From: Squalus acanthias | Lineage: Eukaryota | Direction: 5' to 3' | Length of the DNA stretch: 64,000 nt | Assembly: GCA_030390025.1 (NCBI GenBank) | Contig: CM059432.1 | Coordinates: 48,858,001-48,922,000, forward strand | Shown here: positions 39,428 to 51,924 of the stretch, piece after piece | How the letters are laid out: every line of letters starts with the position of its first letter | Position numbering within the stretch: the first letter of the stretch is position 1 | Program-made: the position numbers and the translations under genes | The notes under the pieces: generated by a model | What the model saw: only the letters and a program-made list of their open reading frames with translations | Databases searched by the model: none | Told to the model about the DNA's origin: nothing

Positions 39428-39535
39428 GTTAACTCTGTTTCTCTCTGTACAGATGCTGTCTGACCTGCTGAGTATTTCCAGCATTTTCTGTTTTTATTTC
39501 AGATTTCCAGCATCCGCAGTATTTTGCTTTTGTAT

Positions 39536-39885
39536 TAAGATTTTGAGGGGGCTGGACAGGGTAGATGCTGAGGGGATGTTTCCCCTCGTGGGGGAATCTA
39601 GAACGAGGAGGCATAGTCTCAGAATAAGGGTTCGCAAATTTAAGACAGAGATGAGGAGGAATTTCTTCTCTCAGAGGGTCGTGAATCTTTGGAATTCTTT
39701 ACCCCAGAGAGCTGTGGAAGCTGAGTCATTGAATATATTGAGCAACAGGGGAGTCAAGGGTTATGGAGAACAGGCAGGAAAGTGGAGTTGAGGCCAAAAT
39801 CGGATCAGCCATGATCTCATTAAATGGCGGAGCAGGCTCGAGGGACCAAATGGCCGGCTCCTGCTCCTATTTCTTACGTTCTTAA
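39536..39885 (+). mobile_element. CR1 3' end, continuation of 32110-32640
   Basis: KILRGLDRVD...RRNFFSQRVVNLWNSLP; HER1-type tail. Confidence 0.9.
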
Positions 39886-41619
39886 TCATTTTTTCCAAAT
39901 GTGTTGTTCGTGGCCCATCAGGTGGCTTTAGCTGCAGGCTAAAGACTTCATTTCAGGTTCCCTAAACTCTAGCGAAAACTAGATATAATTTGTATTACTG
40001 AGTACATGTTCAGATAGCTAAAACAAATGGCCTGATGCTGCTTTCAATGCAGTCTTCAACAAGTCTGTCAAAATCTTTTGAAACCTGTTATATGCTGCTC
40101 AATATTGATTCATCTCATGGGATTAGGATTATTTTAGGGAGTGGGGGAAGGATACTTCTGCTGATGATCAAGTTGTTGATTGGCAGGCTGCATAAAATTA
40201 GGTCACTGTGGTTCGTTGAAAGATTTGCAATGGCATAACAGATGAACTCTTTACGTAGCAGGTGTTCATATAATTTCAATGACTTATTTTTATCCTACCA
40301 AAACACTGATGTAAAATAATGCCAGATACATTACTATCAACTTCCATACAGTAAACAAAACAAACCAGACTGTTGCCTTTATCACATTCAGAGCTCAGAG
40401 TATAAGAAAACTATGGGCCAATATGCACAATTTGTTTGTTTCAACATCAATGCTTTAATTACAATACAATCTCGAGGCAAAAGCTCACAAAGTGGCTGTA
40501 TTTAAAGTTCAATTATTATGATGCTTTACTTCTATTTATCCTTAGGGTTTTGTGTGTTTTGCCAAAATGGCATCAATCTGTATTTGATTAGTCCAGATCT
40601 GCATTTCCTGCTACAGCTCCATCAACCTTTACGTGTACAGTAGAAGTTTCAGCTGGGTCACCAGGGGCATCTACTGCAATGATGAATTAGCCCAGAGGTA
40701 TGGCCATTGGCATCTGAGCTACATATTCAGCCACACCACTAACCCCATTTAGCTTGACGAACTACTCTTTAGCCTCAGTTCATAGCTGTCGAGTCAAAAT
40801 ATTAACCTGAAACAAAGGTCAATCACTGTTTAATCTGTCTTCCTGATCGCTTCTCTGGTTGACTTGAGTCCTTGCGGTCTCCCCCTAGACATCATGTCAG
40901 GTGATTGTCCTCGGGCGCTATCTTCAGCTGATTATGCCATCTAAAAGTGGGCAACAGTAGTGATGATCTATGGTCTATTGGGATTGCCTGTTCTTGGGAG
41001 AGCAAAGTGTTTTGATCAATGGTTGAGACCCCACAATAGCAAGATGTGAAACCAATTGAAATAAATTGGTTATTTCTGGGTTGGCACCAGAAAAATGACC
41101 TTTAAGCTGAAAATTATCATTGAAAATCCAACTGGCCCACTAACGTCCTTTAAAGAATGGAGCTCATCACGCTTTTCAGGTCTGGCCCATAAATGACTTC
41201 AGTTCCACACAATTTGGTTGACTTTTAATGTTCTCTGAAGTGGCCTCGCAAGACACTCAGTTATAAACAGGGTACCGAAGGATGGGCAATAAATGAGGCC
41301 TTGCTTGCAATGCCCATACCCAGAGAGCAAATATAACAAAATATAATGGGTGATATGGCCATTGACATGGTCAAACTTTTAATAAAAGCCTCTGGTGGAA
41401 AAATACATTTGTATTGTGTGGAGTGTAATTGTCAGTATTTGTAGATATATTAACTTACATGGGATATGTTGTGTGAGTTTTATTAGTTTGTGGGCTATTT
41501 AATTTTGCAATTGCTGGAGAACAAGGGACATCTAGATTTATTATGGATGTAAGGATTTAACAACAAAATAAATGGTACAAATGCACCTTCTGTGTTATTT
41601 GCTCCTGTTGCAAGACACT

Positions 41620-42080
41620 TAAGAGGCACGACACCATCCAGGACAAAGCAGCCCGCTTGATTGGCACCCCATCCACCACCTTAAACATTCACTCCCTCCA
41701 CCACTGGCGTACCGTGGCTGCAGTGTGTACCATTTACAAGATGCATTGCAGCAACTCGCCAAGCTTTCAACAGCACCTCCCAAACCCGCAACTTCTACTA
41801 CCAAGGAGGACAAGGGTAGCAGGCGCATGGGAACACCATCACCCCCAAGTTCCCCTCCAAGTCACACATCATCCTGACTTGGAAATATATCGCCGTTCCT
41901 TCATTGTCGCTGGTTCAAAATACTGGAACTCCCTCCCTAACAGCACTCTGGGAGTACCTTCACCACACGGACTGCAGCAGTTCAAGAAGGCGGCTCACCA
42001 CCACCTTCTCAAGGGCAATTAGGGATGGGCAATAAATGCTGGTCTTGCCAGTGATGCCTACATCCCATGAACAAATTAAA
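41620..42080 (+). mobile_element. LINE 3' fragment of a CR1/L2-group family distinct from HER1
   Basis: IQDKAARLI...IHSLHH.RTVAAVCTIYKMH...WNSLP...FKK; related copies at 41130-41335 (+), 43905-44330 (-), 54225-54590 (-). Confidence 0.75.
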
Positions 42081-42733
42081 AAGATCAACAGGCTCCATTG
42101 TTCCGTGGCCAGATGTCTCCTTTGGCTTGGATTAGCTCTACATTCTGCAGTATTTACTACTGTATTTAGAATTTTTTTTAAACCGAGCAGTAAATCATTT
42201 TTACAATACTTATGGCAAACATATTGGTGCAGAATGATTTTGTAATAGTTCAGAAATTATTTGGGGTTGATTTTCATGGCCCTCTTTGCCTGGGTTCCTG
42301 GACAGGTGCAGCCTGCCCAAAGTGCACAGTGTCTGACCAGGACATTGTGCTCAGAAATACGACAAAGACAGGAGGGTAGTTGCAGGTCGGCTGCTAGCCT
42401 CAGGGCTGTTTTGGTTGCTTTTGGAGAACAGCAACCAGAAGGCCTCTGGGCCTGAAAATCTACATGGTTCTGCAGAAAAAAAGTGACTACCTACCTTTCA
42501 ACCCTGCTGCCAACCCCCAGACTATCTGATTTGAGGGACTCACTGGTGCAAGGAACACCACCTTTTTCAGGCACCCCCGAGTATGGGCATCCAATTAGCT
42601 AAACTGGAGAGAGAAAATACTGCAGAATGAAGGGTCAAGGAATGCCCCTCCTGCTTGATTTAAATGAGAACAATTGGCCTGCACCACCCTGGAGGGAGGT
42701 GTGGTCCTGGAAATCCCAGGGCTATGTAAAGGA

Positions 42734-42948
42734 TAGTGGCCATGATGCGGAGATGCCGGTGTTGAACTGGGGTGGACAAAAGTGAGAAGTCGCACAACAC
42801 CAGGTTATAGTCCAACAGTTTTATTTGAAATCACAAGCTTTCGGAGCTGCTGCCCCTTCGTCAGGTGACGAAGGGGCAGCAGCTCCGAAAGCTTGTGATT
42901 TCAAATAAAACTGTTGGACTATAACCTGGTGTTGTGCGACTTCTCACT
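42734..42948. mobile_element. Solo Penelope pseudo-LTR palindrome
   Basis: Perfect 84-bp arms (42780-42863 / 42866-42949), 2-nt spacer; homologous to 11643-11724; 11-bp TSD tatgtaaagga (42723 / 42949). Confidence 0.9.
42831..42868 (-). ncRNA. Minimal hammerhead ribozyme
   Basis: Minus strand ucac-CUGACGA-A-GGGG-cagcag-CUCC-GAA-AGCU-U-guga. Confidence 0.72.
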
Positions 42949-43904
42949 TATGTAAAGGAAGCAGTGATCTGGCTTTAAGGGTCTTCATTCAAGTTTTTCT
43001 GATTTTTGTGCCCAGGGAATAGGCATTCCTCGGGAGGCAACGGTCAGGAAAATTGGCCCCAGTGTATGTTATTAGTAGATGCACGTAAAGCATTGGCAAG
43101 ACATTTCTTTGTGTGGTATGTTAACAGCAAATAAATGGGTTAATCCCCATGTTAAAATGGTGGACAAGGAAATGTCACAGGAGCACATTAAACTTTCACA
43201 GGTTAACATTGTAAACAGTCATTTCTACACTTTTTTCTATTAAACTTTTCTCACATTGCAGGCAGAAAAAAAATCATGATTTACCTGAATGTCACCAGAC
43301 CAGAGAAAATCAATAATTCAGGATTCTAGAGAGACTACAGTGATTATTTTCTGACTTCTCACTCTCAGCGGAAACGTCACACATTGGGTGCACATATTAG
43401 AAATTTGGGCACAGGCTGTGCTCGATTTTCAACCATTCAAATTAATGATCAGAAAGTCAGGTGCAGCATATATCCAAACTTTCAATATCCGCAACCAGTG
43501 GCCATGGCTTTCTGCTGGAAGTTTAAAATTGGAAAATTCACCCTCGCATCAGAAACTGGAGCATCCCCATATAAACCCTGAGCATTGGCAAAGTTACATC
43601 TCATTCTGCCTTTCCAACCTACATTTTACACTTTACAAAGCTAAGTATTTAACTCTCTGATTATCTCACTCTTCTATCTGTCTTTCCCAATGACAGGAGC
43701 AGCAGTTGCTATCACTCAATTATTCCAACCAGGGCTGGTTTCCCTACAACTCTACTGATTTAAATTGCCTTCTAAACACAGACCACAACAAAAGAATCCA
43801 GTATCAGAATTCAATTTTACAATATTTCAACAGCAGTAAGTCACTTTTTAATCACAGCAGTTACCGTGACAATTACAGACACTGTAATGCAGAGGTAGAG
43901 CTCT

Positions 43905-44330
43905 TTTTCATTGATGGGATGTGGGTGTCGCTGGCAAGGCCTGCATTTATTTCCCATTCCTAATTGCCCTTGAAAAGGTGGTGGTGAGCTGCCTTCTTGA
44001 GCCGCTGCAGTCCGTGTGGTGAAGGTGCTCCCTCAGTGCTGTTAGGGATGGAGTTCCAGATTTTGACCCAGTGACAATGAAGGAGTGGCGATAAACTTCC
44101 AAGTCAGAATGGTGTGTGACTTGGAGGGGAACTTGGAGGTGGTGGTGTTCCCATGCGCCTGCTGCCCTTGTCCTTCTAGGCGGTAGAGGTCGCGGATTTG
44201 GGAAGTGCTGTCGAAGAAGCCTTGGCGAGTTGCTGCAGTGCATCTTGCAGATGGTACACACTGCAGCCACGGTGTGCCGGTGGTGGAGGGAGTGAATGTT
44301 TAAGGTGGTGAATGGGGTGCCAGTCAAGCG
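43905..44330 (-). mobile_element. LINE 3' fragment, family of 41620-42080
   Basis: ORF 43947-44327 is homologous to ORF 41657-42022. Confidence 0.8.
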
Positions 44331-44804
44331 GGGAGTCTCTTTAATCCTTGCTAAGAAAGTGCTAACATGGAGTATTTATTCTGAACTTTGAAAAAAAAAT
44401 TAATAACTGTTTTTATTTTTTAGTGCACGTACAAGCAGAACTACAGATCTCCAAGGGGTAAAATGACTCTATGCTTTACAGATTGCACCTGCTGCAGCAG
44501 TGGTGCTTCACTCGTGCGATAGGGCTGCAACATTATGCCCCCAAATCTGTGACCTACGTTAACACTAGTCAAGCCCAATACCAGCAGCAGAGCTCAACAC
44601 AATTACTCCTAATTGGTTTAATAATTATGTCTGTTAGCATTAATGGAGAGGTCACAAACCTTTGTGCATTTGCTTCAAATTGCTCCTAATGTAATGTAGA
44701 TTAATGTGTACATCAGCATGTTACTTGAGGGGTTGTTGAACAGTATTGCAGAGGTATATAAAATAGTTAATGGTACGGAACTAAACCATGAGAATAGGAG
44801 AACT

Positions 44805-45298
44805 AACTCGCACCAAGTCCCGTTCGCCCATCACCCCTGTGCTCGCTGACCTACATTGGCTCCCCGTTAAGCAACGCCTCGATTTCAAAATTCTCATCCT
44901 TTTCGAATCCCTCCATGGCCTCGCCCCTCCCTATCTCTGTAATCTCCTCCAGCCCGACAACCCCCCCCCCCCCGAGATATCTACGCTCCTCCTATTCTGC
45001 CCTCTTGAGCATCCCTGATTATAATCATTCAACCATTGGTGGCCGTGCCTTCTGTTGCCTAGGCCCGAAGTGCTGGAATTCCCTGCCTAAACCTCTCCAC
45101 CTCTCCACCTCTCTTTCCTCCTTTAAGACGCTCCTTAAAACCTACCTCTTTGACCAAGCTTTTGGTCACCTGCCCTAATTTCTCCTTGTGTGGCTCAGTG
45201 TCAAATTTGTTGTCTTATAATACTCCTGTGAAGCGCCTTGGGACGTTTTACTACATTAAAGGCGCTATATAAATACAAGTTGTTGTTGTTGTTGTTGA
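44805..45298 (+). mobile_element. L2 LINE 3' end
   Basis: ITPVLADLHWLPV..R.DFKIL...APPYL, GGRAF....PK.WNSLP, FKTLLKTYLF; (TTG)n tail; second degraded tail at 45375-45530. Confidence 0.9.
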
Positions 45299-46119
45299 GG
45301 AGACATGGGTTTAAACTAATAAAAAGCAAATTTAGGACCAATGTCAGGCAGTTCTGCACAGAAAGATTAATTACCTCTCGCTCCTTCTTTAAGACGCTCC
45401 TTAAAACCTACCTCACCTGTCATAATATCTCCTTATGTGGCTCAGTGTAAATTTTGTCAAATAACGCTGCTGTGAAGTGCCTTGGGATATTTAGCTACGT
45501 TAAAGATGCTACATAAATGAAAGTTGTTTCTGAAGTGAACTTCTGGGTGGAGCTGTGGAGGCAAAAATCTTGGAGTCATTTAGGAAGCAATTAGGTGGTG
45601 GTGGTGGTGGTGGGGAACACTGAAGAGTCTGTCTGACTTAGTGAGCTGATCTAAATGTCCTGCCTAATCCATCTTTATCTTGCGATCTTTGAAGCAGGCT
45701 TGTTGCCGTCTCTGATGACCCTCTGTTTGCTCACAAATTGCACATCCACAAATGGACTGTGCACTATCCATACGTTAAGTGGCTGCTTAGCTAGTTATCA
45801 AGTGACTCGGCACCACTATGGCAGGTGAATTCCAATCGATTATTCAGAAGTGCATTAAAATGTAACACATCCAATCTCTCAGGAACAGCAGAGAGTAAAG
45901 CTGCATTGTTTTGGAGCTTTTTTTTTTAAATACAGATTTTTCCCATATTTTTGCTGTTTAAATTTTTCATATATATTTCAGGAAAATGTTGTGGGGCCAA
46001 TTTGCTCCTTAAGGTAAGTTTGTTTTTAAAGTGCTTCAAATGCAGTATTTTGCAGTCTAGTTGGTACAAGATGAAAAAAGAATGCCAGAGATTAGCAGCT
46101 TGCAGAGCATATGTTCAAA

Positions 46120-47008
46120 CGAAAGGTTTGAGTTCTGACGAAAGGTCATCGACCTGAAACGTTGGGGGTGATTTTGCCAATGGGGGCGCGTTGGAGGCGG
46201 GACTGCTGCTTGTCGGGTTTTAGTCCCGCCTCCATCGACTTGTGGCCAATCCACGCAATTTTCCCTTGATTGACCCAATTAAGGGAAGCCGGTTGCAGGG
46301 AACGTCAGCGTATGACGTTTCATCTGTCAAACACTGACATTCTCTGTTGTTTGATGAGTCCTTGTATTCAAGACTCATCAAACCTATCTGCTGAGCAGAA
46401 ATCAGATGGCTGTTGCATCGGAGAATGCAGCAGCCATTCTGTCATCTCTGCCGTGGAGATGAGAAGAGTCTCCAGTTCCCCAACGGTTGAAGCTTGCAGG
46501 AAGAAACAAAGGTAAATAAACATTTTCTATCACTTTTCACTCACCTCACATACTTACCTATCCACGCTTGCACCCATCACTCACCTCCACAGCGCACTTT
46601 TGGACCCCTTCGACTCCCACAGACCCACTGCTCGCCTTGATGACCCTGGCGGGGTTTCCCGACATCGGGAAGCCCGCGCCTCTGCTTGAAAAATGGGGAT
46701 AATCCTCTTTACTGCCTGTTAACTACATGTTAACAGGCAGTTAAGTGGCTGTATTGCCCCTCCCGCCTCCAGGATACGGGACCCGGCGCGGGTCAGGTAC
46801 TCGCCTCCTGGGAAGATGGCATGGAGGTGGGTTGGGGGCGGGATAGGTACCTGCCCCCAGATTCTGCCATTTTCCCGGCAGTCCTGCCTCCCCAGGGCTG
46901 GCAAAATCACCCCCCTAAACTCCATTTCTCTCTCCACAGATGCTGCCTGACCTGCTGAGTATTTCCAGAATTTTCTGTCTTTTAATTTTTAGACCATATA
47001 TTTTAGAC
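46120..47008 (+). mobile_element. Solo Penelope pseudo-LTR interrupted by a MITE
   Basis: agttctgacgaaaggtcatcgacctgaaacgtt ... aactccatttctctctccacagatgctgcctgacc; 12-bp TSD catatgttcaaa (46108 / 47009). Confidence 0.8.
46164..46914. mobile_element. PIF/Harbinger-type MITE
   Basis: Perfect 16-bp TIR GGGGGTGATTTTGCCA / TGGCAAAATCACCCCC. Confidence 0.85.
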
Positions 47009-47589
47009 CATATGTTCAAATATGGCACATGTAACTGTCGCTGACTGGGGATAGTTGCCTCAATCTCCTGTGGGTCAGCAGGATGCTAGGAGCAGAGCTT
47101 TGCCATCTGCAGCAAGCACACCTGTAGGCTAATTGCCACATGGGGACAGCAATGCCCTAAACTGCTATTCTTGAGGCTCGTGGCATGGTACTGGCATGGT
47201 ACTGGCATGGTACTATCAGCTTTGTGCTGCTCACAGATCAAACAGATCCCTGATGCATTGGTTAGCATGGCATATTCATCTCAATTCCCACTGTATAGCG
47301 TGATATAACTGCACAATGTCACCACACTGTTACATTTTCTAAAGTACAAAAGGTCAATGATGGCTGCTATATACCCAACCTGAAACCCATCCTGGGAGTC
47401 AACGAGTGATCATATTTGTGTTCCAGTGGTTTGATTTGTGAAGCCTTGGGACGATGTAGTGTAGCAAGGCTTTCCATTGTAAGTTGCAGCTTAATTGTGT
47501 GCCCTGCTAAAGTATGCCTGCAATATAAGGGGCAATTTTAATGGAAACCAGGTGGAATGGGTGTTAAAATCCAAATGGTGCATTTACTG

Positions 47590-49705
47590 CTCCATAACAG
47601 CAATGGGAAACATTTAAAACGGTATTAAACAGAGTCCAGGAAAAAATATATTCTGCTAAAAAACAAGAACAAGCTAAACACTAATGAGACACCATGGATG
47701 AATAAAGACATTAGGGGAAAATTGAGGGAAGGAATGAGGCATACACTAAATACATGGACAGTAGGGGAGAGCATGACAAGAGAGAATATGAAGAGATTAA
47801 GAGAAGGGTCAAAAAAACAATTAGGAAGACAAAGAGGAACTATGAAATTAAATTACCAAGGAACATAAAACAAAATAGTAAAATATTCTACAGACGCATA
47901 AATAAAAAAAGGAAAGTCGGGATGGGAATAGGCCACTAAGGGACGGTCAGGATAAAATCACAGGCAGCGATAACGAAGTAGCAGAAATATTCAATAATTA
48001 CTTTGCTTCAGTTTTTAGAAGGGAGACAGATCAGGTGGACATGACATCAGAAGATAAGATTATAAATGAAATAACCGCATTTAAAATAAAGAGGAGAAAT
48101 ATTAAATAAAGTAATCAAACTCAAAGAGGAAAAAAAACCCTGGTCCGGATGGATTACATCCGCGCATTTTAAAAGAATGTAGGGAAGAGATAGCAGAGGC
48201 ACTATTACACATATTTAATAATTCGTTAGAAAAAGGTGTTGTGCCAGAGGACTGGCGGATAGCTAACGTAATACCTATACTTAAGAAGGGAGATAGAATA
48301 TGTCCAGGGAATATAGACCAGTCAACTTAACATCGGTGGTAGGAAAAATAATGGAATCCCTACTAAAGGAGAAAATAGAACATCTAGAAACCAAAAATAT
48401 AATAATGAATAGCCAGCATGGATTTCAAAAGGGAAAGTCTTGCTTGACCAACCTTATTGAATTCTTTGAAGAGATAACAGAGAGAGTGGACATGGGTAAT
48501 CCAGTAGATGTAATTTATCTAGATTTCCAAAAGGCCTTCGATAAGGTACCCCATAATTAGACTAATGAATAAGGTCAGAGAATGCGGAGTTAGGGGATAA
48601 GTAGCAGACTGGATTGCTGGCTGGCTTCAAGACAGAAGCAGAGAGTGGGAGTAAAGGGTAGCTATTCACAGTGGCAGGTAAAAAGTGGGGTCCCACAAGG
48701 ATCAGTGCTGGGACCAGTGTTGTTCATAATCTATATTAACGATTTAGACTTTGTAATCAAAAACACAATTCCTAAATTTGCTGATGATGCCAAGTTGGGG
48801 GGGGGGGGGGGGAAATAGTCAATACTGAGGAGGACTGCAACAAATTACAAGAAGACATTAATAAACTTGCAGAATGGACATATAATTGGCAAATGAATTT
48901 CAACACAGTAAAATGTGAGGTATTATATTTTGGTAAGAAAAATAAGGAGGTCGCATATTACTTGGAAAATAAGAATCTAAATAGGGTAGAAGAGCAAGGG
49001 ATCTCGGAGTACAAATACACAAATCACTAAAAGTAGCGACGCAGGTTAATTAGGCTATTGAAAAAAAGCAAACCAAGCACCAGGGTTTATTTCTAGAGGG
49101 CTAGAATTGAAAAGTAGAGAAGTTATGCTAAACTTGTATAGAACCTTGGTTAGGCCAGACTTGGAATACTGTACAGTTCGGGTCGCCATATTATAAAAAA
49201 GATATAGAGACACTGGAGAGGGTGCAAAAAAGATTTACAAGGATGATACCAGAACTGGGAGGTTATACCTATCAGGAAAGGATGAACAGTCTCTTATAAA
49301 GAGAAGGCTGAGGGATGACCTAATAAGAGGTCTTTAAAATTATAAAAGGTTTTGATAGAGTAGATACAGAGAGAATGTTTCCACTTGTGGGGGAAGAGCA
49401 AAACTAGAGGCCAACAATATAAGATAGTCACCAAGAAATCAAACAGGGAATTTAGAAGAAACTTCTTTACCCAGAGAGTGGTGAGAATGTGGAACTCGCT
49501 ACCACAGGGATTGGTTGAAGTGAATAGTATAGATGCAGTTAAGGGGAGGCTGGATAAGCATATGAGGGAAAAGGGAATAGAGGGTTATGCTGATAGAGTT
49601 AGATGAGGAAAGACGAGAGGGGGCTCGAGTGGAGCATAAACGCTGGCATGGACTGGTTGGGCCGAATGACCTGTTTCTGTGCTGTATATCCTATGTAATC
49701 CTATT
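47590..49705 (+). mobile_element. CR1 LINE, 5'-truncated, disrupted RT
   Basis: [40 protein letters not shown]; short tandem tail atcctatgt. Confidence 0.92.
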
Positions 49706-49709
49706 ATAT

Positions 49710-51760
49710 TGCTCCGAGGCCATTTTAACACTGCTGTTTTCTTGGGCGGTTGCTTGACTCAGGCAGGAGCCTCATGAATAAATGTAAATCATGGTCCGAA
49801 AATGTCATTAGGACCCTGATGCAATCTTAACTGCTTACCAAGCGGTGCATCTGCCATTCACTTTGTAAAACCCTGGCAGACACACTACGGAGGTCCTGTC
49901 GGGGCAAGTGTTAAATTTATCTTTTTGGGGCCAGCAGGAGCAGGAATGCTCCTCTGTGCACACAATGAAATTTTGGGCTCCATCTGGTCATTAAAATCAA
50001 CCAGGCCTCCCACAGCAGCTCCCAGGTGGGCAGCTTTCTGGCACGTGTAGTGAGTGGAGGGGAGTAGTATCAGGGTCCAGGTGTACAGATGTCCAGAGAG
50101 ACAGCATCCTCATCTGTGCTAGCTTCAGCCACTTATTTGCTGCAAGCCCTTGCTCACTGTGCTTGCTGATCTTCATGACAACAGACCTGATGGCAACAAT
50201 GAGATTTGCGAAGCCCCTGGTGAGCTTTGCTCAATAAATTCTCCCAGCATCTAGAAACCGGAGGAGGAGCACATTGAACAGGCAACCCCAAGGTGTCTGC
50301 CTGTACATATGCGGGCTGAACTCTCAATGGACTTCAGCTGTGAACAGGTTGATCAGTATAGTGTCTACTGACTTTAACTCATGCATTATATACTCTGAAA
50401 GCATCATTTTAAAAGCAGGTCCTGCAACGTCTGCAACCCGTGGCTCCTTAGAAGTCAGAGAATATGAGCTTGTCATTTGGTGAATGTGTTCCTGCTCCTT
50501 CTCTGTCCTCAACTACCTCCTCTTGTTCACCTGTACTTTGAGAGTCACCTGATCTACCTCATCACTCACAATAAAGAAAGAGTGGATGTATCTGAGCTGG
50601 TGTTTGGGCAGGTAGGAATGAGTGATGCTGCCTGTTGTGAAATGCTGGGGGAATGGCCTGGTGAAACTTTTTCAATTCTACATCTAGAACCAGGAAAGAT
50701 AATATATTACAAGTGTTGAATTGCATGCAAAATGAATTCCACGAGAATAGGTCACACATTCTTGTGGAGTGGATGCGTTGGTGGCAGTGAGTGGGCAATG
50801 AGTAGCTACACTGAGAATAAAGAGGATGATAAAAATAATAATAATAAGAGGCGACCCGCCTCCAACCTCCCCATCCTCCATTTCTCTATAGCCACTATGC
50901 CACTGTTATAAGAAACTGTGAGGCTGGTAATTGTACAGCCCTCTGGCTTGAATGGGTCTTATATGCCAGCTCGTCCTGCAAGGAGAGAAGCAGAGGTAAG
51001 AAGTTCATATTGTTAGGTAAGTATACAGTAATAATTAAGGGCAATTATGCATGTAACGTGGACATGAACATACATCATGCAGCAACATTGCTAAGCATGG
51101 AAAGTAGAGTATAGCTTCTTTGGAAAGTTGTAGGTCTGAAGGCCTGTAGGTCAAAGGTGGCCTGTGGCAAAATGGTTGTACATGATAATTACTGAAGAGT
51201 GAAAGGGAGTGTGAGGAGGCTGAAAAAGTACAATGTGCTATGCAGTTTGGGGTCCTACTTAAGAGAATGTTGTGGTGCTTGGTCCAACTTTGGCTGACTG
51301 AGTGAGGTTTATTTTGCCCTTCAACCCATGTCCTTTGAGAGTTACTTTGCAGATTGACGCAAGTTGCTACATCTTCCCGGTCACATAAGAGCACTTTATG
51401 GGGCTTGTAACCTTGGGGTGCTAAAGATAGCTGACTTCCTGAGATGCATTTGCAAGTGGTCCTCAGGAGGGTAGCTATCTTTACTGATGTCAGAGGACCT
51501 CGGTACTGCTCTTTCAGACTGTTCCATCATCTTTATTATTGCAATGCAAGTTTCACATCCACAAACCCTTCTCCCCAACACCAGTTCTCTAAAAACAAGT
51601 TGTTCCCAATATTACACAAACTAGGAGCTAATTTGCTTAATGTTAATAAGGCACGGCACATAAATCTGAACACGGGGTGCCTCCAACTAAATAAGTCGGC
51701 ATGAAGCCTGCAGGACTCACTTCTCCCCCAACTTGTGTCCAGATGGAATGATTTACCCTG
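49710..51760. mobile_element. Probable degraded Harbinger-type transposon (left end near 47529, split by the CR1)
   Basis: ggggcaatttt start at 47529; weak Myb-like MEQSERAVPR.SD remnant on minus strand near 51500; boundaries uncertain. Confidence 0.35.
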
Positions 51761-51924
51761 CTACCTCTGGATGTGACAGTGAACAACCGTGAAGTAGATA
51801 AATTGTAACTCTGTAACTATCCAATGGATAATTCATGTGCTCTCCACAGAGTTAATCTCAGGATCGCAGTGCCACCAAATGATGTCCCAATATTCTCCTG
51901 AAGATTGTTTTCAGAAGTCCACAT

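Larger units (their letters stand above)
32636..39535 (+). mobile_element. Penelope-like element split by CR1 and MITE insertions (pieces 32636-32758, 37629-38684, 39428-39535)
   Basis: YKPTDSHSYLDY..SHP..CKDSIP...SDNAT joins FHTSTSNMSSFFLNRGFP; CKRRRCNIC; NLVYCIRCSRC.LYIGET...RFAEH (GIY-YIG); pLTR with hammerhead remnant at 38655-38684. Confidence 0.9.
42263..43060. mobile_element. PIF/Harbinger-type MITE hosting a Penelope hairpin
   Basis: TIRs GGGGTTGATTTTC / GAAAATTGGCCCC. Confidence 0.65.

Noticed and set aside
42740..42772. Minus-strand ccccagttcaacaccggcatctcc resembles a tRNA-Ala 3' end
   Set aside because: Partial match only, no cloverleaf or A box; lies within Penelope pLTR sequence.
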